DNA of 64,000 nucleotides from the NCBI GenBank assembly GCA_031459625.1, contig JAVKIH010000008.1:18359-82358 (forward strand), in the 5' to 3' direction. Shown here piece by piece: positions 1 to 9,269 of the stretch. Positions within the stretch are counted from its first letter, which is position 1. The number at the start of each line of letters is the position of its first letter. The stretch is from Candidatus Geohabitans tengchongensis. Lineage in GTDB: Bacteria > Sysuimicrobiota > Sysuimicrobiia > Sysuimicrobiales > Humicultoraceae. Both the position numbers and the translations under genes were made by a program. Below the pieces are notes generated by a model. That model had not been told where the DNA came from and made no database searches. It saw nothing but the letters and a program-made list of their open reading frames with translations.

Positions 1-85
1 TGAACCCGTAGACGAAGACCCCCACTGCCACCACGGAGGGGACCAGGACCAGGACGGCCGGGAGGCGGTCGCGGGCGCGGCTCAC
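1..85 (-). CDS. ABC transporter permease, N-terminal part (continues beyond position 1)
   Basis: The minus-strand frame is open to the window edge. Reverse complement of ~1-85 reads VSRARDRLPAVLVLVPSVVAVGVFVYGF, a typical first TM segment of a sugar ABC permease, directly downstream of the solute-binding gene. GTG at ~83-85 is a candidate start but the frame stays open upstream. Confidence 0.4.
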   Translation of the reverse strand, partial: MSRARDRLPAVLVLVPSVVAVGVFVYGF

Positions 86-226
86 CGCGGGCGCAGGCTC
101 GGGCAGCCGCGGCGGCTCAGGGCGAGCACCAGCGGTCGGCGGGGGCGACGCATCGGGGCCGCAGCGGTGGGGGGGCGGGAGCGGTGGCCGGCTCCCGCCC
201 TTGGCAAGGCCGGACGCCGCCAGCAG

Positions 227-1489
227 CTACCGGCACATCTTGGCCCGCACGCAGGCCTGCTGCAGGGCGCGCTGGGCCGCGGCCACGTCGCGCCGGGTGA
301 CGAAGACGTTCACGATGTCGTTGAACTCGGTGGCGAAGGTCTCCGGCGCCGCCGAGCCGTGCACTTCGCTCGGGACCAGCGCGTTGCGGGAGAAGTCCCG
401 GGCCGAGGACTGCAGGTAGGCGTCGAACTTGCTCATGTCGCAGTCGGTGCGGGCGCAGATGGAGCCCTTGAGCGGGTTGAAGGCCTCCTGCCCCTCCTTC
501 GACCCGGCCACCCGCAGCCAGTTGATGGCGTTCTGCCGGTGGGGCGCCCGCTTGGGCAGCCCGAAGGTGTCGGTGACGACGACGAAGGTGCCGGCGGTCC
601 CCGGCGCCGGGGCAAAGCCATAGTGGACGTTGGGCTTCCACCCCTTGGAGGTGAAGTAGCCCGCCGCCCAGTCCCCCATGACGTTCATGGCGGCCTTCCC
701 GTCGATGAGCAGCTGCACCGCCTGGTCCCACACCAGCGCGGCGTGGTCCGTGTTGGCGAAGGAGAGGATGCGGGCCATCGTCTCCAGCGCGCGGCGCACC
801 CCCTCCCCGGTCCAGGGGGTCTGGCCGGTCCACAGCCCGCGGTAGCCGTTGGCACCCAGGCTGGCCAGGAGGACGTCCTCGAAGAGGTGGGCGGCCTCCC
901 ACTTGTTCTTGTCGCCCAGCGCCAGCGGGGTGATCCCCTTGCTGCGCAGCGTCTGGGCCACCTGGAAGAACTGCTCCCAGGTCGTCGGCGCGCGCAGACC
1001 GTTGTCGTCGAAGAGCTTCTTGTTGTACCAGAGGACGTTGCCGCGGTGGACGTTCACCGGGACGGAGTACATCTCGCCCTGGTAGCTGACGATCTGCACC
1101 AGGTCCCTGGGCATGACCCGCTGCCAGCCCTCCTCCCGGGCGATGGCCGTGATCGGCTCCATGAACCCCGTCTTCACCCAGGTGTCGATCAGCTCCGCAC
1201 CGCCGTGCACCTGGAAGGAGTCGGGCGGATTGCCCCCTTGCATGCGGGTCTTCAGCACCGCCTTGGCGTTGGTGCCGGCACCACCGGCGACGGTGGCGTT
1301 GATGATCTCGACCCCGGGGTACTTGCGCCGGTAGATCTGGAAGAGCGCGTTGAGCCCGTCGGCCTCGCCGCCGGCGGTCCACCAGGAGAAGATCTCCAGC
1401 TGGTTGGCGCCCGCCCCCTGGACGGTCAGGGTCGGTGCCAGCAACAGGGCGATCGCGAGGAGGATGGCCACATGCCCTCGCCGTGACAT
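227..1489 (-). CDS. ABC transporter substrate-binding protein, family-1 (sugar-type) lipoprotein
   Basis: Internal Met of ORF 227..1819 followed by signal peptide MSRRGHVAILLAIALLLAPTLTVQGAGA. Body has family-1 extracellular solute-binding features (FSWWTAGGEADGL, VLWYNKKLF, GDWAAGYF). The permease gene follows on the same strand. Confidence 0.85.
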   Translation of the reverse strand: MSRRGHVAILLAIALLLAPTLTVQGAGANQLEIFSWWTAGGEADGLNALFQIYRRKYPGVEIINATVAGGAGTNAKAVLKTRMQGGNPPDSFQVHGGAELIDTWVKTGFMEPITAIAREEGWQRVMPRDLVQIVSYQGEMYSVPVNVHRGNVLWYNKKLFDDNGLRAPTTWEQFFQVAQTLRSKGITPLALGDKNKWEAAHLFEDVLLASLGANGYRGLWTGQTPWTGEGVRRALETMARILSFANTDHAALVWDQAVQLLIDGKAAMNVMGDWAAGYFTSKGWKPNVHYGFAPAPGTAGTFVVVTDTFGLPKRAPHRQNAINWLRVAGSKEGQEAFNPLKGSICARTDCDMSKFDAYLQSSARDFSRNALVPSEVHGSAAPETFATEFNDIVNVFVTRRDVAAAQRALQQACVRAKMCR

Positions 1490-1722
1490 CGCTCTCGACC
1501 TCCTTTGCCGGGCTGTCGCGCGCAGGATTCGACCCCTGCGGACCTGGCCGTGGATTGTCGCCCGGGTGGCTCCACCGCTCGGGTTCTGCGGCCCGCAGCG
1601 GATCCCCTCCTCAACAGGCGATTGCGGCGCGGCGGGAGGTCCTCGCCCTTGCTCTGGAGCGGAGGGGTCCCGATCGCGCCGGCGGGCAGGAGGGCCTCCG
1701 CCCGCACAGGAAGGGAAGGGCG

Positions 1723-2919
1723 ATGGACGACGCTGCGGGGCCCACCACACCGCGGGCCGGGGCCGAGACCCTCCTGCGGGCCCGATACGGGCTCTCCCCC
1801 GCCGTCGTCGTCCGCGCACCCGGCCGGGTCAACCTGATCGGCGAGCACACCGACTACAGCGAGGGGTTCGTCCTCCCGGCGGCCACGGACGCGGCGCTGT
1901 GGGCCGCCGCCGCTCCCCTGCCCGAGCCCCTGGTGCGCGCCGTCTCCGCCGCGGAGGCCGAGGAGACGGTCTTCCCCACGTCCGCCCCGCGCCAAGGGCC
2001 GGTGCCGTCCTGGGGGCGCTATCTCCAGGGGATGGCGGCGGTGCTGGCGGAGGCGGGGGTGTCGCTGCGCGGGCTGGCCCTGGGCCTGGACGGTGACCTG
2101 CCGGTGGGGGCAGGGCTCAGCAGTTCCGCCGCCCTGGAGATCGCCGCGGGGCTGGCCTTCCTGGCCTGCGCCGGCCACCCCCTCGACCGGCGGTCCCTGG
2201 CCCGCCTGGCCCAGCGCGCCGAGGTGGAGCACGTGGGGGTCCGCTGCGGCATCATGGACCAGCTGGCGGTGACTCTGGCCCGGGCGGGCCACCTCCTCCT
2301 CATCGACTGCCGGAGTCTCGAGGTCGAGCCCGTGCCGCTGCCGGCGGAGGCGGTCCTGGTCGTGTGTGACACCGCCGTGCCGCGCCGTCTGGAGGAGTCG
2401 GGTTACAACACCCGGCGCGAGGAGGTGGAGGCGGCCGCGCGGGCGCTGGCGGCCGCCCGGCCCGGGGTGCGGTCGCTGCGCGACCTGGCGCTGCGCGACC
2501 TGCCTCTCGTCCACGCGCTGCCGGCACCGCTGGACCGGCGGGCCCGCCACGTCGTCACCGAGAACGCGCGGGTGCTGGAGGCGGTGCAGGCGCTGCGCCG
2601 GGGGGACCTGGCGGCGGTGGGGACGCTGCTGCGGGCCTCCCACCGCAGCCTGCGCGACGACTTCGAGGTGAGCACGCCCGAGCTCGAGGCGATGGTGGCC
2701 GCCGCCCAGGAGTCCCCCGGGTGCGTGGGCGCCCGGCTCGTGGGCGCGGGCTTCGGCGGAGCCGTGCTGGCGCTGGTGGAGCGCGGGCGGGAGGCGGCGT
2801 TCGTCGCGGCGGCGGGAGCGGCCTACCGCCGGCGCACCGGCCGCAGCGGCCGGTTCCTGGTCACCGGTGCGGCGGCGGGGGCGGAGGTCCTCACAGGGAG
2901 CCAGGACGGAACGTGGTGA
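1723..2919 (+). CDS. galK: Galactokinase
   Basis: Galactokinase signature RAPGRVNLIGEHTDYSEGFVLPAA, GHMP-kinase Gly-rich motif PVGAGLSSSAALE, and C-terminal GARLVGAGFGGAVLAL. Start taken at MDDAAG inside ORF 1435..2919. Confidence 0.9.
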   Translation: MDDAAGPTTPRAGAETLLRARYGLSPAVVVRAPGRVNLIGEHTDYSEGFVLPAATDAALWAAAAPLPEPLVRAVSAAEAEETVFPTSAPRQGPVPSWGRYLQGMAAVLAEAGVSLRGLALGLDGDLPVGAGLSSSAALEIAAGLAFLACAGHPLDRRSLARLAQRAEVEHVGVRCGIMDQLAVTLARAGHLLLIDCRSLEVEPVPLPAEAVLVVCDTAVPRRLEESGYNTRREEVEAAARALAAARPGVRSLRDLALRDLPLVHALPAPLDRRARHVVTENARVLEAVQALRRGDLAAVGTLLRASHRSLRDDFEVSTPELEAMVAAAQESPGCVGARLVGAGFGGAVLALVERGREAAFVAAAGAAYRRRTGRSGRFLVTGAAAGAEVLTGSQDGTW

Positions 2920-3424
2920 GGATCTCGTCGCAACTCTTCTGGGCCTGGCGCCACTCGCCCAGCGGCCGCGCGCAGACGACGTAGCGCACGCGCTCCCGCC
3001 CCGAGACGAGCAGGCCGACGGAGGCCCACTCGCCGCCCCGGCTCGCGCCGGTCACCTCGAAGCGGTGCCAGGCCACGCCACCGTCGTTGCGGAAGCGGCG
3101 GAAGCCGGAGACGCCGTGGATAGGCAGCAGGCTCAACCCCAGGCGTCGCGCCTCGTCGTCGCTGACCGGCCCCGGGACGTCCAGGGTGAAGACCGCAAGG
3201 AAGCTGGCCGTCTCGAGATGCGGGACCTCCCCCTCGCCGACCAGCCCCGGCGGGACGAACCACACCCGGCCCTCCTCGGGGCGCTCGACGACCTCCCATC
3301 CCCGCGGGTAGGCGATGGCGAAGCCCAGCTGCGGGTGGGTGTAGGTCTCGTAGGCGGGGCCGCGCTGGCCGCACCCGGCCAGGGGCGCCAGGAGGAGCAG
3401 GAGCCCGCACAGCAGCGGGCGCAT
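2891..3424 (-). CDS. Hypothetical lipoprotein (177 aa)
   Basis: Internal start MRPLLCGLLLLLAPLAGCGQ gives a lipoprotein signal peptide with LAGC lipobox. The upstream part of the long ORF 2891..4216 is GC-rich junk. Convergent 29-nt overlap with the galK end. Confidence 0.55.
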   Translation of the reverse strand: MRPLLCGLLLLLAPLAGCGQRGPAYETYTHPQLGFAIAYPRGWEVVERPEEGRVWFVPPGLVGEGEVPHLETASFLAVFTLDVPGPVSDDEARRLGLSLLPIHGVSGFRRFRNDGGVAWHRFEVTGASRGGEWASVGLLVSGRERVRYVVCARPLGEWRQAQKSCDEILTTFRPGSL

Positions 3425-3516
3425 CGGGCTCAGGCGGCGGGGCGGTGCAGAACCGTATCGGGGCGCGGCCCGGTGCACGGCGACGCGGCGGGGATGGCGC
3501 ACGGACCGGGCCGGGT

Positions 3517-4197
3517 TCATGGCGGGAAGGCCAGCGCCTCGGGGCGGAAGCGCAGTTCGAATTCCGGAAGCGCGCCCACCTGCCGCCGCCGCTCGAAGAG
3601 CCACAGCGGCCGGACGACCAGCTGGACGTCGCGCGCCGCCGGCTCGACCCGCGGAAAGGCGTAGGCACGCAGGAAGCGGCTCCGCGGCGGGATCTGCTCG
3701 ACCTCGCGGGGAGGGAGGAGGGAGGGGGCGAGGCGGGCCAGCGCCGCATCGGCGATGGGCCGCCGCAGCACCCCCTCGACGCGCAGGCGCACGTTCACCG
3801 ACAGGTACCCCTCCAGGGTGAGCGGGCTGACGTTGTCGACCTCGACCAGCATGACGGTGTAGAGACCTGCGGCACGGGCGTGCACCGTCCGCTCCCGTTC
3901 GTCCGGGACCCACGCTGCATAGTACGGATCGGCGGCAAGTCCCGCCGTCACCCACACCGCCGTGACCGTGACGAACCCCCCGCGCGCCAGGGCGACACCC
4001 GTGCTGGCCTCGTGCCCCGCCGGGGCCGCGGGCGGGGTGACTCTGGCCGATGCGGCGGTGGCCGCGTCCTTCCCGGGGGTCGGGGTCGGGGTCACGGCCG
4101 ACCGCCCTGTGGCCGGCGCGGCAGCCGCCCGCGGGGGGACCTGCGCGGTCGCCACACTCAGCAGGGCCATCAGGACGGCGAGCCACAGCGGTGCCAT
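3517..4197 (-). CDS. Hypothetical secreted protein (226 aa)
   Basis: Start at MAPLWLAVLMALLSVATAQV (signal peptide), then a Pro/Thr/Ala-rich linker and a globular C-terminal part. No recognisable family. Confidence 0.45.
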   Translation of the reverse strand: MAPLWLAVLMALLSVATAQVPPRAAAAPATGRSAVTPTPTPGKDAATAASARVTPPAAPAGHEASTGVALARGGFVTVTAVWVTAGLAADPYYAAWVPDERERTVHARAAGLYTVMLVEVDNVSPLTLEGYLSVNVRLRVEGVLRRPIADAALARLAPSLLPPREVEQIPPRSRFLRAYAFPRVEPAARDVQLVVRPLWLFERRRQVGALPEFELRFRPEALAFPP

Positions 4198-4296
4198 GCC
4201 CGACCACGCTCCCCACCAGGGTGGTTGTACACGGGTCCGGTCACACCCTTTAATGGTGACCGTCGCGGCGGTGTTCGGAGCGGATGGCGGAGGACG

Positions 4297-4986
4297 ATGC
4301 GCGAGGTGACGATCGCCCCGGAGGTGGTCCCCCTGGTGCGGGTGGGCCTGGTCGAGGTGGACGGGGTGCAGGTGGGCCCGCGCAGTCCCGAGCTGGCCGC
4401 CGAGATCGCCGTCCTGGTCAGCGCATTGCGCCGGCGCTACGCCGGCCGGGAGCCGGCCCAGATCGAGGCGCTCGCCCCGGCGCGGGAGCTGTACCACCGC
4501 ATCGGCATCGACCCCACCAAGCTCCGTCCCTCCTCCGAAGCGCTCCTGCGCCGCGTGCTGCGTGGCCAGGACCTCCCGGAGATCAACGCCGTCGTCGACA
4601 CGAGCAACCTCTGCTCGCTGGACTTCCTCCTCCCCATCGGCCTGCACGACCTGGAGGCCGCCGTCGGCCCGCTGGTCCTGCGGCGTGGGCGCCCCGGCGA
4701 GGGGTACGAGGCGATCGGCAAGGGGTGGTATTCGGTGGAGGGGCGCCTCACCCTGGCGGATGGGGCCGGGCCCTGCGGCACCCCCACCAGCGACTCCCGC
4801 CGCACGATGGTGACCGGGCGGACCCGCCGCGTCCTCATGGTGATCTACGCGCCGTCGGCGTTCCCGCTCCGCCAGTTGGAGGATCACGTGGCGCGCGCGG
4901 CCGAGCGGATGCGGCGGTTCGCTGGCGGGGAGCCCGTCGGGGTGGCCGTCCTGCCTGCGGCGGCGGACCGCCACGCGGACGCCTGA
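4297..4986 (+). CDS. B3/4 domain-containing protein (tRNA-binding-like)
   Basis: MREVTIAPEVVPLVRVGLVEV...LPEINAVVDTSNLCSLDFLLPIGLHDL matches the B3/B4 tRNA-binding domain fold as found in free-standing B3_4 proteins. Confidence 0.65.
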   Translation: MREVTIAPEVVPLVRVGLVEVDGVQVGPRSPELAAEIAVLVSALRRRYAGREPAQIEALAPARELYHRIGIDPTKLRPSSEALLRRVLRGQDLPEINAVVDTSNLCSLDFLLPIGLHDLEAAVGPLVLRRGRPGEGYEAIGKGWYSVEGRLTLADGAGPCGTPTSDSRRTMVTGRTRRVLMVIYAPSAFPLRQLEDHVARAAERMRRFAGGEPVGVAVLPAAADRHADA

Positions 4987-5000
4987 GGGAGGACGGAGCG

Positions 5001-6017
5001 ATGCCCGCCATGGTGCTCACCCGGCCGGCCCCCGTCGAGACGGACCCCCTGGCCGCCGCCGACCCGCCGCGCCCGGACCCCGGCCCGGGCGAGGTCCTGC
5101 TGCGGGTGCGGGCCTGCGGCGTCTGCCACACCGACCTGCACATCGTGGAAGGGGAGCTCGTACCGCACCGCCTGCCGGTGATCCCCGGCCACCAGGTGGT
5201 GGGCACCGTCGAGGCGGTGGGCCCGGACGGGCCAGCTGCGGGGCTCGCCCCCGGGCAGCGGGTAGGCGTCACCTGGCTCTTCCGGGCCTGCGGGGCCTGC
5301 GCGGCCTGCCGGCGCGGGGAGGAGAACCTCTGCCCCAGCGCCCAGTTCACCGGCTACGACGTGGACGGCGGCTACAGCACCTGGATGGTCGCCGACCGTC
5401 GCTTCGTCTTCCCGCTGCCCGAGCGCTTCGACGACGTCTCCGCCGCCCCGCTGCTGTGTGCGGGGGTGATCGGCTACCGGTCGCTGCGCCGGGCGGAGGT
5501 CCTCCCGGGTTCGACGGTGGGCCTGTACGGGTTCGGCGCCTCGGCCCACCTGGCCATCCAGGTGGCCCGCCACTGGGGGTGCCGGGTCTACGTCTTCACC
5601 CGCAGCGAGGCGCACCGCCGCCTGGCCGAGGACCTCGGCGCGGTGTGGACCGGGCCGGTGGACGCCGCCCCGCCCGAGCCGCTGGACAGCGCCGTCTCCT
5701 TTGCGCCCGCCGGTCAGGTCATCCCGCGCGCGCTGGCCGCCCTGCGCCCCGGCGGCACGCTGGCCGTGAACGCCGTCCACCTGGACCGCCTGCCGGAGAT
5801 GCCCTACGCGCTGCTCTACGGCGAGCGCACCCTGCGGTCCGTGGCCAACCTGACGGCGCGCGACGCCCGCGAGTTCCTGGCCCTGGCCGCAGAGATCCCG
5901 GTGCGCACCGAGGTGGAGCGCTACCCGCTCCGCGAGGCCAACGCCGCCCTGCGCCGCCTCAAAGCCCGGGCGGTGCAGGGGGCCGCGGTGCTGGAGGTGG
6001 CCTCGACCCCGGCGTGA
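5001..6017 (+). CDS. Zinc-dependent alcohol dehydrogenase
   Basis: ACGVCHTDLH catalytic zinc motif, second zinc site CGACAACRRGEENLC, and Rossmann LYGFGASAHLAIQVA. Length is 338 aa. Confidence 0.85.
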   Translation: MPAMVLTRPAPVETDPLAAADPPRPDPGPGEVLLRVRACGVCHTDLHIVEGELVPHRLPVIPGHQVVGTVEAVGPDGPAAGLAPGQRVGVTWLFRACGACAACRRGEENLCPSAQFTGYDVDGGYSTWMVADRRFVFPLPERFDDVSAAPLLCAGVIGYRSLRRAEVLPGSTVGLYGFGASAHLAIQVARHWGCRVYVFTRSEAHRRLAEDLGAVWTGPVDAAPPEPLDSAVSFAPAGQVIPRALAALRPGGTLAVNAVHLDRLPEMPYALLYGERTLRSVANLTARDAREFLALAAEIPVRTEVERYPLREANAALRRLKARAVQGAAVLEVASTPA

Positions 6018-6056
6018 GCGCCTGCCGCTCCACCGCCGGCGGCCTGATGGAGCCTC

Positions 6057-6596
6057 CTACCGCCACTTGATGGAGCAGCCTCGCGGCGGCGTCTCCGTGG
6101 TCTCGGGACGCCGGCCCGCCAGGACCGCCTCGAGGGCCTCGCGCAGGTAGTGGTGCCGGACCGCGGTGGGGTCCTCGACGTTGTCGTCCGGCGCGCCGTG
6201 GTAGACCAGCCGGCGCTCCCCGTCGAAGAGGAAGATCTCCGGCGTGCGGGTGGCCCCGTAGCGCCGGGCCACCTCCTGCGACTCGTCGTGCAGGTAGGGG
6301 AAGGGGTACCCCTTGGCCTCGGCGCGGGCGCGCATCTGGTCGAAGGAGTCCTCCGGGTACTTGGTGGCGTCGTTGCTGTTGATGAGGACGAAGCGCACGC
6401 CGCGGTCGGCGTACTCCCGCTGCAGGGCGATGATGCGGTCCTCCCAGGCGCGGACGTAGGGGCAGTGGTTGCACCAGAAGATGACCGCCAGCGCCCGGGC
6501 GTCGGCGAAGTCCTCCGGCCCGTAGGTCCGGCCGTCGGTGGCGGGCAGACGGAAGGGGATGAGGCGCTCATCGGTGGCGATGGCCATGGCGTTCAC
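6057..6596 (-). CDS. Thioredoxin-fold thiol-disulfide oxidoreductase (TlpA/AhpC-TSA-like)
   Basis: Active-site motif WCNHCPY, LINSND, RTPEIFLFD; typical of TlpA/ResA-like redoxins. Confidence 0.7.
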   Translation of the reverse strand: MNAMAIATDERLIPFRLPATDGRTYGPEDFADARALAVIFWCNHCPYVRAWEDRIIALQREYADRGVRFVLINSNDATKYPEDSFDQMRARAEAKGYPFPYLHDESQEVARRYGATRTPEIFLFDGERRLVYHGAPDDNVEDPTAVRHHYLREALEAVLAGRRPETTETPPRGCSIKWR

Positions 6597-6617
6597 CTCC
6601 GTGGCGAGGATGTGGGA

Positions 6618-6935
6618 TCAGGACACCCCCGCCGCCGCCCGGAGGGCCCGGCGGATCATCTCCACCGAGGGGAGCGGCGAGGGGCGACCATCCTCCAGGA
6701 TATACAACCGGCAGGTGAGGGCCGGTCGTCCCGCCGTCTCCGGCTGGATGTCCCGGCCCTCGATGCGGATCGTCGGCGAGCCGGGGAAGGCCCGCGCCCG
6801 GGCCTCCGCCTCGCTGGCCACGTGGACGACCTCGACCGCGGCCAGGATCCCCTCCTCGCGCAGCGCCTGCCGCAGCCGCTCCAGCGCCTCCGGGTGGGAG
6901 GGGCACCCCTCCCAGTACAGGAACTCCACCCGCAT
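6618..6935 (-). CDS. Small thioredoxin/glutaredoxin-like protein (105 aa)
   Basis: Starts MRVEFLYWEGCPSH (CPxH redox-like motif) inside ORF 6618..7709. The rest of that long ORF is not credible. Confidence 0.5.
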   Translation of the reverse strand: MRVEFLYWEGCPSHPEALERLRQALREEGILAAVEVVHVASEAEARARAFPGSPTIRIEGRDIQPETAGRPALTCRLYILEDGRPSPLPSVEMIRRALRAAAGVS

Positions 6936-7040
6936 CACGTCCAGTATAGCCAGCGAGGAGCGGTGGCCCGCCCGGCGCGCCCGGGGAGCGCGGAGGGAAC
7001 CTTGCGGCCGTCCGGGTATTATGGAGGTAGTACGGGCGTT

Positions 7041-7859
7041 ATGCTGACCGACGCCGACTATCGCTTCATCGTCGAGACGCTCGCCGCCACGCCCACCGAG
7101 CGGTCCCGGCTCCTGGCCGACCTGCGCCGCGACCCCGAGGCCCAGGACCGCCTCCTGGAGGACGAGCGCCTGATCAACCGGCTGCGGGAGGACGAAGAGC
7201 AGATCCTGCGCATCTCCCCGCGCCTGCTCTTCGCCATCCTCCTGCGCCAGGTGCGGCGCGACTTGGAGCAGCAGCGCTACACCCTGGAGCGGCTGGGCCT
7301 GACCGAGCGCGTGCCGGTCTTCGACGCGGGGGCCGTGCGCAACGTCCTGGCCGACCGGCGGCTGCTGGACTACCTGGTGGACATGCTCGCCTCCTTCGTC
7401 CGCACCGAGACGATCACGGTCCTGCGCCGGCGGGCCGGGCGGATGGAGCGGCGGCGGCTCAGCACGCTCAGCATCGACGACATGATCGAGCTGGCCGCGC
7501 TGCTGGACGAGGAGGCGCGCTTCCCCCTGTACAAGCGCATCGCCGACATCGCCCTCTTCACCTCCGGGATCTTCGCCGACCACGTCACCCGCGGGGCGGT
7601 GCGCACCGGGGCGCAGGCGCTGGGGCTGTGGATGGACGAGCGGCGGCTGCGGGGCCTGGACGAGTACGAGGAGGAGGGGCGGCGCTTCTACCGGTTGGCC
7701 GCCGCCCACAGCGTGGCGCGCGCGCTGCGGCTGGACCGCGTCCTCGACCGCCTGGCCGAGGAGTTCCCGCTCGTCCGCAAGCCGCTGGCGGTGATGGCGG
7801 ACCGGTACATGACCTGGACGCGGTTGCGCCTCTTCGAGGGCCCGGCCGCCGCGCAGTAG
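7041..7859 (+). CDS. Hypothetical protein (272 aa)
   Basis: Clean start MLTDADYRFIVETLAATPTER inside ORF 6150..7859. Acidic/Arg-rich helical protein, no recognisable domain. Confidence 0.45.
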   Translation: MLTDADYRFIVETLAATPTERSRLLADLRRDPEAQDRLLEDERLINRLREDEEQILRISPRLLFAILLRQVRRDLEQQRYTLERLGLTERVPVFDAGAVRNVLADRRLLDYLVDMLASFVRTETITVLRRRAGRMERRRLSTLSIDDMIELAALLDEEARFPLYKRIADIALFTSGIFADHVTRGAVRTGAQALGLWMDERRLRGLDEYEEEGRRFYRLAAAHSVARALRLDRVLDRLAEEFPLVRKPLAVMADRYMTWTRLRLFEGPAAAQ

Positions 7860-7876
7860 CGCTGGCCCGCCCCGGT

Positions 7877-9259
7877 CGCGGCGTGGCGTCGGCCCGACCC
7901 GCCCGCCCCCCGGCCCCGGGCGAGGAGGTGGTGGTGCGGGTCGACCGCCTCGCCTACGGCGGCGCCGGGGTGGGGCGGCTGGACGGCTTCGTTGTCTTCG
8001 TCGAGGGGGCCGCCCCCGAGGAGACCGTGCGTGCCCGCATCCGCCGCGTGCGCCGCCGCCACGCCGAGGCCGTGGTGGCGGCGGTGGAAGCGGCCTCCCC
8101 GGTGCGGGTCGAGCCGCGCTGCCCCCACGTCCGGGACGACTGCGGCGGGTGTCGCTGGCAGCACGTGGCCTATCCCGCCCAGGCGCAGGCCAAGGCGGCC
8201 ATCGTGCGCGAGTCGCTGGCCCACCTGGGCGGCTTCGGCGACGTCCCCCTGGCGCCGATCCTCACCCCGCCCGAGCCCTGGTACTACCGCAACAAGATGG
8301 AGTTCAGCTTCCATCCGGACGGCGTCCTCGGCCTCCACCGGCACGGGGCCTGGGACCGCATCGTCGCCCTGCAGACCTGCTTCCTCCAGTCCCCGCGCGC
8401 CGTCGCCCTGGTGCACGCCGCCCGGGCCTTCGCGCTGGAGCACGGGCTGAGCCTGTACGACCCGCGCACGCGTCAGGGGTTCCTGCGCCGGCTGGTGGTC
8501 CGGGAGGGGCGGCAGACCGGGGAGACCATGGTGGTGCTGGTCACGCGCAGCGGCCCCTTCCCGCAGGCGCAGGCCTTCGCCGAGCGGATGGCGGTCACGG
8601 ACCCCAGCGTCGTCAGCGTCGTGCGGGGGACGAGCGACGCCCCCTCCGACGGCGCCCCCCTCGAGGCGGTAGAAGTCCTGCACGGCCGCGAGGCCATCGC
8701 CGAACGGGTGGGGGAGCTCACCTTCCGCATCGGTCCGGAGACCTTCTTTCAGACCAGCACGTGGGGGGCGGAGCGGCTCACCGAGCTGGTCCTGCGCTTC
8801 GCCGAGCCGGCGCGGGGCGGCCTGGTCTTCGACCTGTACTGCGGGGTGGGCACCTTCACGCTGGCGCTGGCGCGCCTGGCCCGGCACGCGGCGGGGGTGG
8901 AGGTGGCCGCCGCGGCGGTGGCGGCGGCCCGCCAGAACGCGGCCCACAACGGCATCGGCAACGCCACCTTCCACGCCGGGGACGTGCGCCTGGTCCTGCC
9001 GGCCCTGCTGGAGCAGTTCGGCACGCCCCAGGTCATCGTGCTCGACCCCCCGCGGGCGGGGGCCGGCGCCAGGGTGATGCGCAAGATCGGCCGGGCAGGA
9101 GCGTCGCGCGTTGTCTACGTCTCCTGCAACCCCACCACGCTCGCCCCCGACCTGCGGGAACTGGCCGCCTTCGGCTACCGCATCGCCGCCGTCCAGCCGG
9201 TCGACCTCTTCCCGCAGACCTACCACGTGGAGACGGTCGTCGCCCTCGACCGCACCTGA
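7877..9259 (+). CDS. 23S rRNA (uracil-C5)-methyltransferase, RumA/RlmD family (TRAM + Fe-S + SAM methyltransferase)
   Basis: TRAM-like N-terminus EEVVVRVDRLAYGGAGVGRLDGFVVFVEG, Cys cluster CPHVRDDCGGCRWQH, SAM motif VFDLYCGVGTFTLALA, and catalytic ...VVYVSCNPTTLAPDL. Start is ambiguous (GTG 7877 or GTG 7928-7934 after GAGGAGG). Confidence 0.8.
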   Translation, partial: RGVASARPARPPAPGEEVVVRVDRLAYGGAGVGRLDGFVVFVEGAAPEETVRARIRRVRRRHAEAVVAAVEAASPVRVEPRCPHVRDDCGGCRWQHVAYPAQAQAKAAIVRESLAHLGGFGDVPLAPILTPPEPWYYRNKMEFSFHPDGVLGLHRHGAWDRIVALQTCFLQSPRAVALVHAARAFALEHGLSLYDPRTRQGFLRRLVVREGRQTGETMVVLVTRSGPFPQAQAFAERMAVTDPSVVSVVRGTSDAPSDGAPLEAVEVLHGREAIAERVGELTFRIGPETFFQTSTWGAERLTELVLRFAEPARGGLVFDLYCGVGTFTLALARLARHAAGVEVAAAAVAAARQNAAHNGIGNATFHAGDVRLVLPALLEQFGTPQVIVLDPPRAGAGARVMRKIGRAGASRVVYVSCNPTTLAPDLRELAAFGYRIAAVQPVDLFPQTYHVETVVALDRT

Positions 9260-9269
9260 CCGGCCCACC

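Noticed and set aside
117-1486. Two >400-aa ORFs (117..1382 minus, 167..1486 plus) overlapping the solute-binding protein gene
   Set aside because: Arg/Gly/Pro-rich low-complexity translations typical of off-frame reading in >70% GC DNA. The third frame gives a clean family-1 solute-binding protein with signal peptide.
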